64,000 nt of DNA from contig SVSD01000001.1 in the NCBI GenBank assembly GCA_015064485.1, positions 24,989 to 88,988 on the forward strand, in the 5' to 3' direction. The stretch is from Oscillospiraceae bacterium (GTDB taxonomy: Bacteria > Bacillota > Clostridia > Oscillospirales > CAG-382). Position numbers and translations under genes: made by a program. The notes below the pieces were generated by a model, which was not told the DNA's origin, did not search any database, and saw only the letters and a program-made list of their open reading frames with translations. Within the stretch, counting starts at the first letter, position 1; the number at the start of each line of letters is the position of its first letter. Shown piece after piece: positions 10,514-19,441 of this stretch.

Positions 10514-11193
10514 TATCTGCGTCCTCCTTCTGCCTTAGAGGGCACTCTTTTTGTTCTGTTGACTTCGTTGAGAACTTCGCCTTTGTAGATCCAAACCTTT
10601 ACGCCGATCTTGCCGTAAGTTGTATCTGCTTCTGCGAAGCCGTATTCGATGTCAGCTCTGATTGTCTGAAGCGGAATAGTACCGTCATGGTAATGTTCGC
10701 TTCTCGCAATTTCAGCACCATTAAGACGGCCGCTGAGGTTAACTTTGATACCCTTTGCGCCGAGCTTCATAGTTCTGCCGATTGCCTGCTTCATAGCACG
10801 GCGGAATGCGATTCTCTTTTCAAGCTGAGAAGCAATGTTTTCAGCTACGAGCTGAGCATTGAGGTCGGGCTGCTTAACTTCGATAACATTTACCGAAGAG
10901 GGCATACCTGTGAATGCCTCGATTTCGCCTCTGAGTTTTTCTATTTCTGTACCGCCCTTACCGATTATCATACCGGGCTTTGCACAGTGGATGATGACCT
11001 TAACCTTTGCGCTGTCGCGTTCGATTTCGATTGTAGGAACGCCGGCATCGCGAAGCTTTTTCTTAAGCCATGTTCTGAGTTTGTAGTCTGCTACAAGGGT
11101 ATCTCCAAATACTTCATCTTTTACGAACCATCTGGAATCCCAGTCTTTAATTACACCGACGCGAAGTCCGTGCGGATTAACTTTCTGACCCAT
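10513..11193 (-). CDS. rpsC: 30S ribosomal protein uS3
   Basis: 226-aa [16 protein letters not shown]... with KH domain. Confidence 0.97.
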   Translation of the reverse strand: MGQKVNPHGLRVGVIKDWDSRWFVKDEVFGDTLVADYKLRTWLKKKLRDAGVPTIEIERDSAKVKVIIHCAKPGMIIGKGGTEIEKLRGEIEAFTGMPSSVNVIEVKQPDLNAQLVAENIASQLEKRIAFRRAMKQAIGRTMKLGAKGIKVNLSGRLNGAEIARSEHYHDGTIPLQTIRADIEYGFAEADTTYGKIGVKVWIYKGEVLNEVNRTKRVPSKAEGGRR

Positions 11194-11276
11194 ACTCCGT
11201 TAACTGCCTCCTTCTTAGAGCTTTATGCAAGATTTTCTTGCATATCGATTATTTGGTATACGGTTTAAACCGTTAA

Positions 11277-11612
11277 TTATTCTTTTTCGGCTACTGCAAC
11301 AGTGATGTGAGAGCTTCTCTTGTAGATTCTGAAAGCTCTGCCCTGAGCACGGGGCTGGATTCTCTTTGCAATTCTGCCGGGTGTTACAAAGCACTGCGAC
11401 ACATAAAGTTTTGTTGCGTCGAGGTGATTGTTGTTTTCTGCATTGGCGATAGCCGACTGCAGAAGTTTAAGAACAGGCAGGGATGCAGCCTTGGGTGTAT
11501 TCTTGAGAATAGCAATTGCTGTTGCTGCGTCCTTTCCTCTGATCAGATCGAGAACGATTTTAACTTTACGAGGTGAAATTCTTAAATCTTTTAAATAAGC
11601 CTTAACTTCCAT
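11277..11612 (-). CDS. rplV: 50S ribosomal protein uL22
   Basis: 111-aa ORF. Typical uL22. Confidence 0.96.
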   Translation of the reverse strand: MEVKAYLKDLRISPRKVKIVLDLIRGKDAATAIAILKNTPKAASLPVLKLLQSAIANAENNNHLDATKLYVSQCFVTPGRIAKRIQPRAQGRAFRIYKRSSHITVAVAEKE

Positions 11613-11682
11613 CGTTAAATTCCTCCTTTCGCAAAATTGGATCTGCGTTTCTCACAGATGCATTTATGCGGGCATTGATACA

Positions 11683-11958
11683 TTAGTTGTTGGATGTTTT
11701 AGAACCCGAGTGACCCTTGAAGGTTCTTGTGGGAGCGAATTCGCCCAACTTGTGACCGACCATATCCTCGGTTACATAAACCGGTACATGCTTTCTGCCG
11801 TCATGCACTGCGATTGTGTGTCCAACGAATTGCGGGAAAATTGTGGAAGCTCTTGACCAAGTCTTGAGAACTCTCTTTTCGCCTGCAGCGTTCATTGCTT
11901 CTATTCTTGCGAAAAGTTTCGCTTCGACATAAGGTCCTTTTTTAACGCTTCTGCTCAT
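11683..11958 (-). CDS. rpsS: 30S ribosomal protein uS19
   Basis: 91-aa [14 protein letters not shown]... Confidence 0.97.
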   Translation of the reverse strand: MSRSVKKGPYVEAKLFARIEAMNAAGEKRVLKTWSRASTIFPQFVGHTIAVHDGRKHVPVYVTEDMVGHKLGEFAPTRTFKGHSGSKTSNN

Positions 11959-12002
11959 CTATATTTCCTCCTTATGAAATTCTGAAAGTTGTAAGCACAA
12001 AA

Positions 12003-12836
12003 TTATCTGTCGTTTCTGCGCTTAACAATGAACTTGTTGGTGCGTGCCTTCTTGTTACGAGTCTTGTAACCCATAGTAGGTTTGCCCCAAGGTGTAACAG
12101 GAGTAGGACGACCGATAGGTGCACGGCCTTCACCACCACCGTGAGGATGGTCGCAGGGGTTCATTACGGAACCGCGAACTGTAGGACGGATGCCCATATG
12201 GCGTTTCTTACCTGCTTTACCGATGTTGATGTTTTCGTGTTCAAGGTTACCTACCTGACCGATAGTAGCCTTGCAATCAAGTCTTACGATACGAACTTCA
12301 CCGGAGGGAAGTCTTACCTGAGCTACGCCGTTTTCCTTAGCCATAAGCTGAGCTGCTGCGCCCGCGCTGCGGACAAGCTGACCGCCCTTGCCGGGGTGAA
12401 GCTCGATGTTGTGGATAAGTGTACCTACGGGGATATCTGCGATAGCAAGCACATTACCGGGCTTGATATCTGCGTTCTTACCGTTGAGCACTGTATCGCC
12501 AACCTTAAGACCAACGGGAGCTATGCTGTAAGTCTTTACGCCGTTCTCATATTCGAGAAGTGCGATATATGCTGTTCTGTTGGGGTCATACTCAATACCG
12601 AGTACCTTTGCGGGAACATCAAGTATGTTCTTTTTAAAGTCGATGATTCTATACTTAACTCTGTTACCGCCGCCTTGATGGCGAACTGTTATTTTACCTG
12701 TGTTATTACGACCGGCATGCTTTTTCTTAACCGTAATAAGGCTTTTTTCGGGAGTCTTCTTTGTGATTTCGTCGAAGCCCGGTACGGCCATCTGTCTTCT
12801 TGCCGGAGTAGTAGGCTTAAATGTTTTTACTGCCAT
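12003..12836 (-). CDS. rplB: 50S ribosomal protein uL2
   Basis: 277-aa ORF with ...[14 protein letters not shown]... motif. Confidence 0.97.
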   Translation of the reverse strand: MAVKTFKPTTPARRQMAVPGFDEITKKTPEKSLITVKKKHAGRNNTGKITVRHQGGGNRVKYRIIDFKKNILDVPAKVLGIEYDPNRTAYIALLEYENGVKTYSIAPVGLKVGDTVLNGKNADIKPGNVLAIADIPVGTLIHNIELHPGKGGQLVRSAGAAAQLMAKENGVAQVRLPSGEVRIVRLDCKATIGQVGNLEHENINIGKAGKKRHMGIRPTVRGSVMNPCDHPHGGGEGRAPIGRPTPVTPWGKPTMGYKTRNKKARTNKFIVKRRNDR

Positions 12837-12858
12837 TTTTCAATACTCCATTTCTCGA

Positions 12859-13152
12859 TTACATCATGCTGTCGAAGAATTCGATTGTCTTGGAATCTTC
12901 TTTAAGAGTAACAATCGCTTTCTTCCACTCGGAAGTCTTACCGACATGGTAGCCGACTCTCTTTGTTTTGCTCTTCATGCTGATTGTGTTAACCTTTGCA
13001 ACCTTAACGCCGAAGAGTTCTTCTACTGCCTTTTTGATTTCAATCTTGTTGGAATCAGCAGCAACTTCGAAGGTGTAAGCTTTACCTGCGAGTCTTGCCA
13101 TGCTGTCTTCTGTAATTATAGGACGGATTACGATTTCGTGTGCTGTTCTCAT
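12859..13152 (-). CDS. rplW: 50S ribosomal protein uL23
   Basis: 97-aa ORF. Overlaps the rplD stop by 4 nt. Confidence 0.95.
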   Translation of the reverse strand: MRTAHEIVIRPIITEDSMARLAGKAYTFEVAADSNKIEIKKAVEELFGVKVAKVNTISMKSKTKRVGYHVGKTSEWKKAIVTLKEDSKTIEFFDSMM

Positions 13153-13775
13153 TTTGCATAAACCTCCTCAATTACTTTTACTGCAGCTTCATCAATGATG
13201 AGCTTGTCGTACTTGAGCAAGTCATAAGCATTGATTGTACCGGGGATCGCAGTCTTTACGCCGGGAATGTTGGCTGCGGACTTGATGATCTTTTCGTCTA
13301 CTGCGGGAAGGATAATAAGAGCCTTCTTGTCAGCACCGAGAGCTGCAAGCATATTAACGATAGTCTTTGTCTTGTATTCTGCTGTTGCGATCTTATCAAC
13401 AACAACGAGTTCGTTGTCATTAACCTTCGCGGAGAATGCAGACTGAATAGCGATTCTCTTTACCTTCTTGTTGATAGACACTCTCCAAGAGCGGGGCTTG
13501 GGACCGAATGCGATACCGCCGTGTGTCCACTGAGGAGAACGTGTCGAACCCTGTCTTGCGCGGCCTGTACCCTTCTGTTTCCAGGGCTTGATGCCGCCGC
13601 CGGATACTTCAGCACGAGTAAGTGTGCTCTGTGTACCCTGTCTCTGATTTAAAAGATAAGCACGAACAACGGAATGAAGAACAGCTTCGTTTACTTCTGC
13701 GCCGAATACTTCAGCGGAAAGTTCGATTGTGCCCTTTTCCTTGCCGGCCATATCATATATTGCTACATTTGGCAT
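13149..13775 (-). CDS. rplD: 50S ribosomal protein uL4
   Basis: 208-aa ORF with ...KPWKQKGTGRARQGS... motif. Confidence 0.96.
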   Translation of the reverse strand: MPNVAIYDMAGKEKGTIELSAEVFGAEVNEAVLHSVVRAYLLNQRQGTQSTLTRAEVSGGGIKPWKQKGTGRARQGSTRSPQWTHGGIAFGPKPRSWRVSINKKVKRIAIQSAFSAKVNDNELVVVDKIATAEYKTKTIVNMLAALGADKKALIILPAVDEKIIKSAANIPGVKTAIPGTINAYDLLKYDKLIIDEAAVKVIEEVYAK

Positions 13776-13795
13776 TGTGTTTCCTCCTCCTCGGT

Positions 13796-14422
13796 TTATT
13801 TAACTGCCGAGCGGATAAATACGATACCGCCCTTGGCACCGGGAATGGCACCCTTGATAGCGATAAGATTCTTTTCCGCGTCGATCTTAACAACGCTAAG
13901 ATTAAGTGTTGTTACCTGTTCGTGACCGTACTGACCGGCCATCTTCTTGTTCTTGAAGATTCTCGCAGGGTCGATAACACCCATAGAGCCGGACTGGCGG
14001 TGTACAGGGCCTGTACCGTGAGTCATTCTGAGTCTGTGGAGGTTCCAGCGCTTAATAGCACCTGTGTAACCATGACCCTTGGTGATGCCGGTAACATCAA
14101 CCTTTTCGCCTGCCTCAAAAATGTCTGCCTTGATTTCATCGCCAACATTTACGGAAGCGCAGTCATCAAGTCTGAATTCCTTGAGGTGCTTTTTGAAAGG
14201 AACATTCGCCTTTGCGAAGTGGCCCTTCATAGGCTTTGTAAGCTTTCTTTCAGGCTGGTCAACAAAACCAAGCTGAACTGCTTCATAGCCGTCGTTTTCA
14301 ACCGTCTTCTTCTGTGTTACAACACAGGGACCGGCTTCAACCACTGTAACAGGGATGACATTTCCGTTTTCATCGAAAATCTGTGTCATACCGAGTTTCT
14401 TACCGATAATACCTTTTTTCAT
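13796..14422 (-). CDS. rplC: 50S ribosomal protein uL3
   Basis: 208-aa [23 protein letters not shown]... Confidence 0.97.
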   Translation of the reverse strand: MKKGIIGKKLGMTQIFDENGNVIPVTVVEAGPCVVTQKKTVENDGYEAVQLGFVDQPERKLTKPMKGHFAKANVPFKKHLKEFRLDDCASVNVGDEIKADIFEAGEKVDVTGITKGHGYTGAIKRWNLHRLRMTHGTGPVHRQSGSMGVIDPARIFKNKKMAGQYGHEQVTTLNLSVVKIDAEKNLIAIKGAIPGAKGGIVFIRSAVK

Positions 14423-14530
14423 TTTCTTTTCCTCCTTAGGTTATTGGTTGGCCGCTTGTATTTACCTTTCGGCAACGGACAACATGACCTGTGATGCGGA
14501 ATGCATCACTGCGACGGTAATAATCGCAGC

Positions 14531-14842
14531 TTATAATTTTATTTCAATCTCAACGCCTGCGGGAAGTTCGATGCCCATAAGAGCTTCGATAGCCTTCTGT
14601 GTAGGATTCAAGATATCAATAAGTCTCTTGTGTGTTCTGAATTCAAACTGTTCTCTCGCATCCTTATACTTGTGTACCGCACGGAGAATTGTAACAATTT
14701 CCTTGTCGGTAGGGAGCGGTATAGGACCGGAAACCTTAGCGCCGTTTCTCTTTGCTGTATCAACGATCTTTTCAGATGCCTGATCTATAAGAGTGTGGTC
14801 GTAAGACTTAAGTCTGATTCTGATTTTTTCCTTTGCTGCCAT
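14531..14842 (-). CDS. rpsJ: 30S ribosomal protein uS10
   Basis: 103-aa ORF ...[12 protein letters not shown]... GGAGG at 14854-14850. Confidence 0.97.
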   Translation of the reverse strand: MAAKEKIRIRLKSYDHTLIDQASEKIVDTAKRNGAKVSGPIPLPTDKEIVTILRAVHKYKDAREQFEFRTHKRLIDILNPTQKAIEALMGIELPAGVEIEIKL

Positions 14843-15326
14843 TTTTCTGCCTCCTTTAAAATTTTTTCGCCCTCAATTTTGCTTTATATTATATATTGAG
14901 GGAAGCTTTTAAATGCGGCACAGTAATTTCTGAACACTCATCCGGGTGTTTCGTATTTTACCCAAAATAAAACCGGATCATTTCCAAGCGTTTTGAAACC
15001 AAAACTGCAGGAACTTGTCCGGGTGCTTCACACTATCTTTATTTTTACCCATAGTTCTCCCAATACGGGGAAGAAACTTATCGGCATACCCACAGGCGTG
15101 TGGCTACAAGTAGACACCGTTCCTGTTACGGTATTATAAAGAAAGCATCAAGCCGCGTGCTTGCATAGTCATTGCGTGGTCATTAGGTCCCGCTTGAAGA
15201 ACCTGCCGCACATTGACGCTCGCACCTGTGACCAGTATTGCTGTCGCCCGGTTGTCGGACATACTCCACGGAAATTACCGCCCATTCGGACGCAACCTCC
15301 CGCTTCATCGCACATCAAGCTCTGTT
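14843..15326 (-). ncRNA. Unclassified long structured 5' leader or candidate cis-regulatory RNA of the S10 operon
   Basis: About 480 nt with no credible ORF, lying between a sigma-A type promoter and the rpsJ SD. Has a GC-rich core (about 56% by hand count for 15141-15300) inside AT-rich flanks. Contains several hairpins and same-orientation internal repeats (see findings). I recognised no known RNA family. Confidence 0.45.
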
Positions 15327-15355
15327 AGTATAACACATAATAAAAGGATTTGCAA
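15327..15355 (-). promoter_or_regulatory. Candidate sigma-A promoter for the S10 operon (TTGCAA-N17-TATACT, TG at -15/-14)
   Basis: Minus strand: TTGCAA at 15355-15350, 17-nt spacer, TGT-TATACT with -10 at 15332-15327. The -35 lies inside the proS terminator stem. Confidence 0.55.
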
Positions 15356-15372
15356 TAGTTTTTTGCAAATCC
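15337..15372 (-). terminator. Intrinsic terminator after proS
   Basis: Perfect 10-bp stem GGATTTGCAA/TTGCAAATCC (15346-15355 and 15363-15372), 7-nt loop, then TTTTATTAT on the minus strand. Confidence 0.7.
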
Positions 15373-15499
15373 TTTTGTAAACATTTTGTAAACAAGAAAC
15401 TTTTTCCCAAATAAAATATCTTGCGGAAAAGGTTTTTGTTTTCACACTTTTTGAGCGTATATATTATATATAATAAATGTAACTCTTTTTGCTCAAAAA

Positions 15500-16945
15500 T
15501 TAATACGCTTTGCCCCAGTAAACAAGCTGTTTTGCAGGCTTTCCGCAGCATACGCATTTATCGGAAAGCTGTTCCTGCTCGAAAGGAATACAGCGGGAAC
15601 CGATACCGGTAAGCTCTTTGACCTTGTCTTCACATTCCTCATCTCCGCACCACATGGCACGAACAAATCCGTCGCCGTTCTTTGCGATAGCTTCGTTTAT
15701 TTCGTCGATGGTTGTGCAGTTGTATGTATGCTTTTCGCGGTTTTCAAGAGCTATCTTATAGATGCCCGAACGAACCTCTTCAAGTTTTGCAGCGATTGCA
15801 TTTTCGAAGTTTTCGTCAAGGGGGATAAATGCCTTTTCGCCGTTGTGTCGGGTTGCCGCAACGCACTGGCCGTTTTCAATATCGCGCGGGCCGATTTCAA
15901 TTCTGACCGGAACACCCTTCATTTCATATTCGGCAAACTTCCATCCGGGGCTGTTGTCGCTGTCATCAAGTTTTACTCTTATTCCGCAGGATGTAAGTTT
16001 TTCGTAAAGTTCGTTAGCCTTTTCGAGAACACCTTCCTTATGCTGTGCAACAGGAACGATTACAACCTGAATAGGAGCAACAGCGGGAGGAAGAACGAGT
16101 CCGTTGTCGTCACCGTGTGTCATAATGATAGCGCCTATAAGACGGGTGGTTGTTCCCCATGAAGTCTGATGAGGATATTCATCCTTATTATCTTTTGATT
16201 TAAATGTGATATCAAACGCTTTTGCAAAACCGTCGCCGAAGTAATGGGATGTTCCCGCCTGAAGAGCCTTTCCGTCATGCATAAGAGCTTCTATTGCATA
16301 TGTATCTTCAGCACCGGCAAATTTATCCGAAGGAGTCTTCGGCCCCTTTACAACAGGCATAGCAAGATCGGTTTCGCAAACATCGGCGTAAATGTTGAGC
16401 ATACGGAGTGTTTCGTCTATCGCTTCCTGTGCAGTCGCATGCATTGTATGACCTTCCTGCCACAAGAATTCTCTTGTTCTGAGAAAAGGTCTTGTTGTTT
16501 TCTCCCAACGCACAACGGAGCACCACTGATTGTAGAGCTTCGGAAGATCGCGGTATGAATTTATTATCTTTGCATAATGTTCGCAGAAAAGGACTTCTGA
16601 TGTAGGACGAACGCAAAGGCGTTCTGTCAATTTTTCGCTTCCGCCGTGTGTTACCCATGCAACTTCAGGAGCAAAGCCTTCAACATGATCCTTTTCCTTG
16701 TTGAGAAGACTTTCGGGGATAAACATAGGCATATAAACATTTTCATGTCCGGTTTCCTTAAAGCGTCTGTCCATAATTTTCTGGATATTTTCCCAGATAG
16801 CATATCCGTAGGGACGGATTATCATACAGCCCTTGACACTCGAATAATCGGCAAGGTCCGCATTTTTTACGATATCTGTATACCATTGTGCAAAATCGGT
16901 ATCTCTTGATGTGATTCTTTCAACAAGTTTCTTGTCGTTTGCCAT
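15500..16945 (-). CDS. proS: Proline--tRNA ligase, archaeal/eukaryote-like type (no INS editing domain)
   Basis: 481 aa. Class II aaRS motifs. C-terminal Cys-rich zinc domain ending ...WGKAY, with the terminal Tyr typical of this ProRS type. Confidence 0.93.
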   Translation of the reverse strand: MANDKKLVERITSRDTDFAQWYTDIVKNADLADYSSVKGCMIIRPYGYAIWENIQKIMDRRFKETGHENVYMPMFIPESLLNKEKDHVEGFAPEVAWVTHGGSEKLTERLCVRPTSEVLFCEHYAKIINSYRDLPKLYNQWCSVVRWEKTTRPFLRTREFLWQEGHTMHATAQEAIDETLRMLNIYADVCETDLAMPVVKGPKTPSDKFAGAEDTYAIEALMHDGKALQAGTSHYFGDGFAKAFDITFKSKDNKDEYPHQTSWGTTTRLIGAIIMTHGDDNGLVLPPAVAPIQVVIVPVAQHKEGVLEKANELYEKLTSCGIRVKLDDSDNSPGWKFAEYEMKGVPVRIEIGPRDIENGQCVAATRHNGEKAFIPLDENFENAIAAKLEEVRSGIYKIALENREKHTYNCTTIDEINEAIAKNGDGFVRAMWCGDEECEDKVKELTGIGSRCIPFEQEQLSDKCVCCGKPAKQLVYWGKAY

Positions 16946-16974
16946 TGTTATATTCCTTTCTCGATGTTTCGGTT

Positions 16975-17223
16975 TTATTTTTCAAGCTCACGCAGCGCCT
17001 GTGCGAGCTGATCGGGGCAGGATGTGTTTTTGAACCCGCATTTTATTCCCGAAAGTTTTTTTATGGCTTCGTCGGCATTCATCCCCTCAACAAGCTTCGC
17101 AACGCCTTGGGTGTTACCTGAACAGCCGCCCTGAAATACCACGCTTTTAATAACGCCTTCTTCAACTTCGACTTTTATGGCTCTTGCGCAGGTACCTTTT
17201 GTTGTATATGTTATTGCAGGCAT
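16975..17223 (-). CDS. TSCPD-domain protein (TIGR03905-like)
   Basis: Track ORF trimmed to ATG 17223, which has GGAGG 6 nt upstream. 82 aa [37 protein letters not shown]...TSCPDQLA contains the TSCPD signature. Confidence 0.7.
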   Translation of the reverse strand: MPAITYTTKGTCARAIKVEVEEGVIKSVVFQGGCSGNTQGVAKLVEGMNADEAIKKLSGIKCGFKNTSCPDQLAQALRELEK

Positions 17224-17422
17224 AATATCCTCCGTAAAAACAATTATCCATAATAATATGTAATTATAACACATATTTTCCAAAAACTCAACCGAAAAAG
17301 CACTTTTTGTTAAAATATTTTACTCACGGCACAATAAATCCAAAAACAAAGGCGTACAATTCGCCAAATTATTAACAATATGTATCTTTTACGTAGCAAA
17401 TGAAAAAAATGTAAAAAAACAC

Positions 17423-17451
17423 TTGAAATTGCTATGTTTTCCGTATATAAT
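17423..17451 (+). promoter_or_regulatory. Sigma-A promoter of pck (TTGAAA-N17-TATAAT)
   Basis: TTGAAA 17423-17428, 17-nt spacer, TATAAT 17446-17451. Lies 90 nt upstream of the pck ATG. Confidence 0.65.
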
Positions 17452-17541
17452 TATACTGGCTTAGGATTGAAGACAATTTAACTCTTTTGGTATTGTCTGA
17501 TTCAAAAAAGTAAATTTTATACTATTTAGGAGGAAATAAAT

Positions 17542-19320
17542 ATGACAACAAACAAGCATGTCCTTACTTGGATTGATGAAATGGCTGCTCTTACTTGCCC
17601 TGACAAGATCGTTTGGATCGACGGCAGTGCGCAGCAGACAGAAGCTCTCCGCGAAGAGGCTGTTTCCACAGGCGAAATGATCCGCCTTAACCAGGAAAAG
17701 CTTCCCGGTTGCTATCTCCACAGAACAGCTATCAACGATGTTGCTCGTGTTGAAAACAGAACATTTATATGCACAAAGAAAAAGGAAGATGTAGGCGCTA
17801 CAAACAACTGGATGGAATCCGGTGAATGTTACGAAAAGCTTTCAAAGCTTTATAAAGGCTCCATGAAGGGCAAGACAATGTATGTTATCCCCTATTCCAT
17901 GGGCGTTGTAGGTTCTTCTTTCTCCAAGATCGGTATCGAACTTACAGACTCTATCTATGTTGTTCTCAACATGCTCATTATGACAAGAGCAGGTAAGGAA
18001 GTTATCGACAATCTCGGCGACAGCGCAGACTTTATCAAGGGTCTTCACGCAAGAGCTGATCTCGATGAAGAAAACCGCTATATCTGCCACTTCCCCGAAG
18101 ACAACACAATCTGGTCCGTTAACTCCGGTTACGGCGGAAATGTTCTTCTCGGAAAGAAGTGCTTCGCTCTCCGTATCGCTTCCTACCTCGGAAGAAAAGA
18201 AGGCTGGCTTGCAGAACACATGCTTATCCTCGGCGTTGAATTCCCCAACGGCGAAATCAAATATATCGCTGCCGCATTCCCCTCTGCTTGCGGTAAGACA
18301 AACCTCGCTATGCTCATTCCTCCGGAACTTTACCGTGAAAAGGGCTACAAGGTTTGGTGTGTAGGCGATGACATCGCTTGGATCCGTATCGGCAAGGACG
18401 GCAGACTTTGGGCTGTCAACCCCGAAAACGGCTTCTTCGGCGTTGCTCCCGGTACAAGCAACAAGTCTAACCCCAATGCTCTTGCTACAACAATGAGCAA
18501 TACAATATTCACAAATGTTGTTCACAATCTTGATGACAACACAGTATGGTGGGAAGGTCTCGACAAGAATCCTCCTCACAATGCACTCAACTGGAAGGGC
18601 GAAAAATGGGATTGCGAAAAGTTCGACAAGAACGACAAGTCCACATACGGCGCTCATCCTAACTCCCGTTTCACAGCTCCCGCTATTCAGTGTCCCTGCG
18701 TATCCTCCGAGTTCAACAGCCTTGAGGGTGTTCCGCTTGACGCTATCGTATTCGGCGGAAGAAGAGCAAAGACAGCTCCCCTTGTATACCAGTCAAGAGA
18801 TTGGCAGCACGGTACATTTGTCGGCTCCATCATGGCTTCCGAAACAACAGCTGCAGCTGCAGGTGCTGTCGGCGTAGTAAGACGCGATCCTATGGCTATG
18901 CTTCCCTTCTGCGGATATGATATGGGCGAATACTTCGCACACTGGCTCGCTATGGGCAAGAAGATCACAAAGGCTCCCAAGATATTCCATGTTAACTGGT
19001 TCAGAACAGATAACGACGGAAACTTCATCTGGCCCGGCTTTGGTGACAACCTCCGCGTTCTTCACTGGATCCTTGAACGCTGCGAAGACAAGGTTGATGC
19101 GGTTGAAACAGCTATCGGTTTTGTTCCTAAGGCTGAAGACATCAACATCGAAGGTCTTGATATCTCCATTGATACAATCCGTGAACTTCTCTCTGTTGAC
19201 AAAGAACACTGGCTTGAAGATTTGGACAGCATCAAGGCATTCTACGCTAAGATCGGCGACACTATCCCTGCCGAACTCAAGGAAGAACTTGTAAAGCTCG
19301 AAGAAAATCTTAAGAAATAA
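17542..19320 (+). CDS. pck: Phosphoenolpyruvate carboxykinase (GTP)
   Basis: 592 aa. FPSACGKTNLAML kinase-1a loop and overall GTP-PEPCK architecture. AGGAGG RBS. Confidence 0.95.
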   Translation: MTTNKHVLTWIDEMAALTCPDKIVWIDGSAQQTEALREEAVSTGEMIRLNQEKLPGCYLHRTAINDVARVENRTFICTKKKEDVGATNNWMESGECYEKLSKLYKGSMKGKTMYVIPYSMGVVGSSFSKIGIELTDSIYVVLNMLIMTRAGKEVIDNLGDSADFIKGLHARADLDEENRYICHFPEDNTIWSVNSGYGGNVLLGKKCFALRIASYLGRKEGWLAEHMLILGVEFPNGEIKYIAAAFPSACGKTNLAMLIPPELYREKGYKVWCVGDDIAWIRIGKDGRLWAVNPENGFFGVAPGTSNKSNPNALATTMSNTIFTNVVHNLDDNTVWWEGLDKNPPHNALNWKGEKWDCEKFDKNDKSTYGAHPNSRFTAPAIQCPCVSSEFNSLEGVPLDAIVFGGRRAKTAPLVYQSRDWQHGTFVGSIMASETTAAAAGAVGVVRRDPMAMLPFCGYDMGEYFAHWLAMGKKITKAPKIFHVNWFRTDNDGNFIWPGFGDNLRVLHWILERCEDKVDAVETAIGFVPKAEDINIEGLDISIDTIRELLSVDKEHWLEDLDSIKAFYAKIGDTIPAELKEELVKLEENLKK

Positions 19321-19337
19321 TTCTATAACTAAAAATG

Positions 19338-19372
19338 CAGGAATAAAGGTGCTTCCTTTATTCCTGTTTTTT
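19338..19372 (+). terminator. Intrinsic terminator after pck
   Basis: 12-bp stem CAGGAATAAAGG/CCTTTATTCCTG followed by T6. Confidence 0.85.
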
Positions 19373-19379
19373 ATTTTTC

Positions 19380-19408
19380 TTGACATATTAACTTTTTTGA
19401 CATATAAT
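19380..19408 (+). promoter_or_regulatory. Perfect consensus sigma-A promoter (TTGACA-N17-TATAAT)
   Basis: TTGACA 19380-19385, 17-nt spacer, TATAAT 19403-19408. Lies 34 nt upstream of the first DUF4190-like gene. Confidence 0.75.
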
Positions 19409-19441
19409 CAATTTAGAAACATATTTTTTCGGAGGTTATAT

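Noticed and set aside
13622-14494. Very long antisense ORFs in the track. Examples: 13622-14494 (+) opposite rplC, 12141-12905 (+) opposite rplB, 10501-11268 (+) opposite rpsC, 6005-6733 (+) opposite rpsE, 38436-39524 (-) opposite pnp, 17842-18657 (-) opposite pck, and 61874-62740 (+) opposite the SLH gene.
   Set aside because: Each lies entirely opposite a gene with an unmistakable conserved product. Their translations are low-complexity, Cys/Phe/Leu-rich and have no recognisable motif or RBS. They are typical shadow ORFs of highly codon-biased genes.
15180-15310. Riboswitch-like strings in the S10 leader region:
- plus-strand GAAGAACCTGCCG, resembling a B12 box;
- plus-strand GGACGCAACCTCCCG, resembling the c-di-GMP-I GGACGCAAAGCC motif;
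- minus-strand GGTCACAGGTGCGAGCGTCAA, resembling the start of SAM-IV.
   Set aside because: In each case only one short segment matches and the rest of the family consensus is absent. The plus-strand candidates have no downstream gene. A SAM sensor in front of ribosomal genes has no rationale. I treat these as chance similarity.
15278-15312. Short identities between the leader (minus strand) and conserved 23S rRNA domain I strings: GCGATGAAG and TCCGAATGGG, in the same order as in 23S. This suggests possible r-protein binding-site mimicry.
   Set aside because: Matches of 9-10 nt between a 480-nt query and a 2.9-kb rRNA are expected by chance, roughly once. The spacing differs from 23S. I cannot align against this organism's own rRNA, so I make no claim.
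15183-15317. A 48-codon Cys-containing ORF (MCDEAGGCVRMGGNFRGVC...) at the 5' end of the S10 leader.
   Set aside because: It has no SD and begins essentially at the predicted transcription start. Its codon composition is unlike the neighbouring genes. The GC richness is better explained by RNA structure.
14900-15320. Whether the GC-rich non-coding block is one of the obligatory housekeeping RNAs (RNase P, tmRNA, SRP/4.5S, 6S).
   Set aside because: It lacks the universal motifs:
- no GGAAAGTCC-type P4 strand or ACAGAA-CCGGCUUA;
- no tRNA-like 3' end or tag ORF;
- no GGUCCGGAAGGAAGCAGC;
- the ends do not pair into a 6S-like rod.
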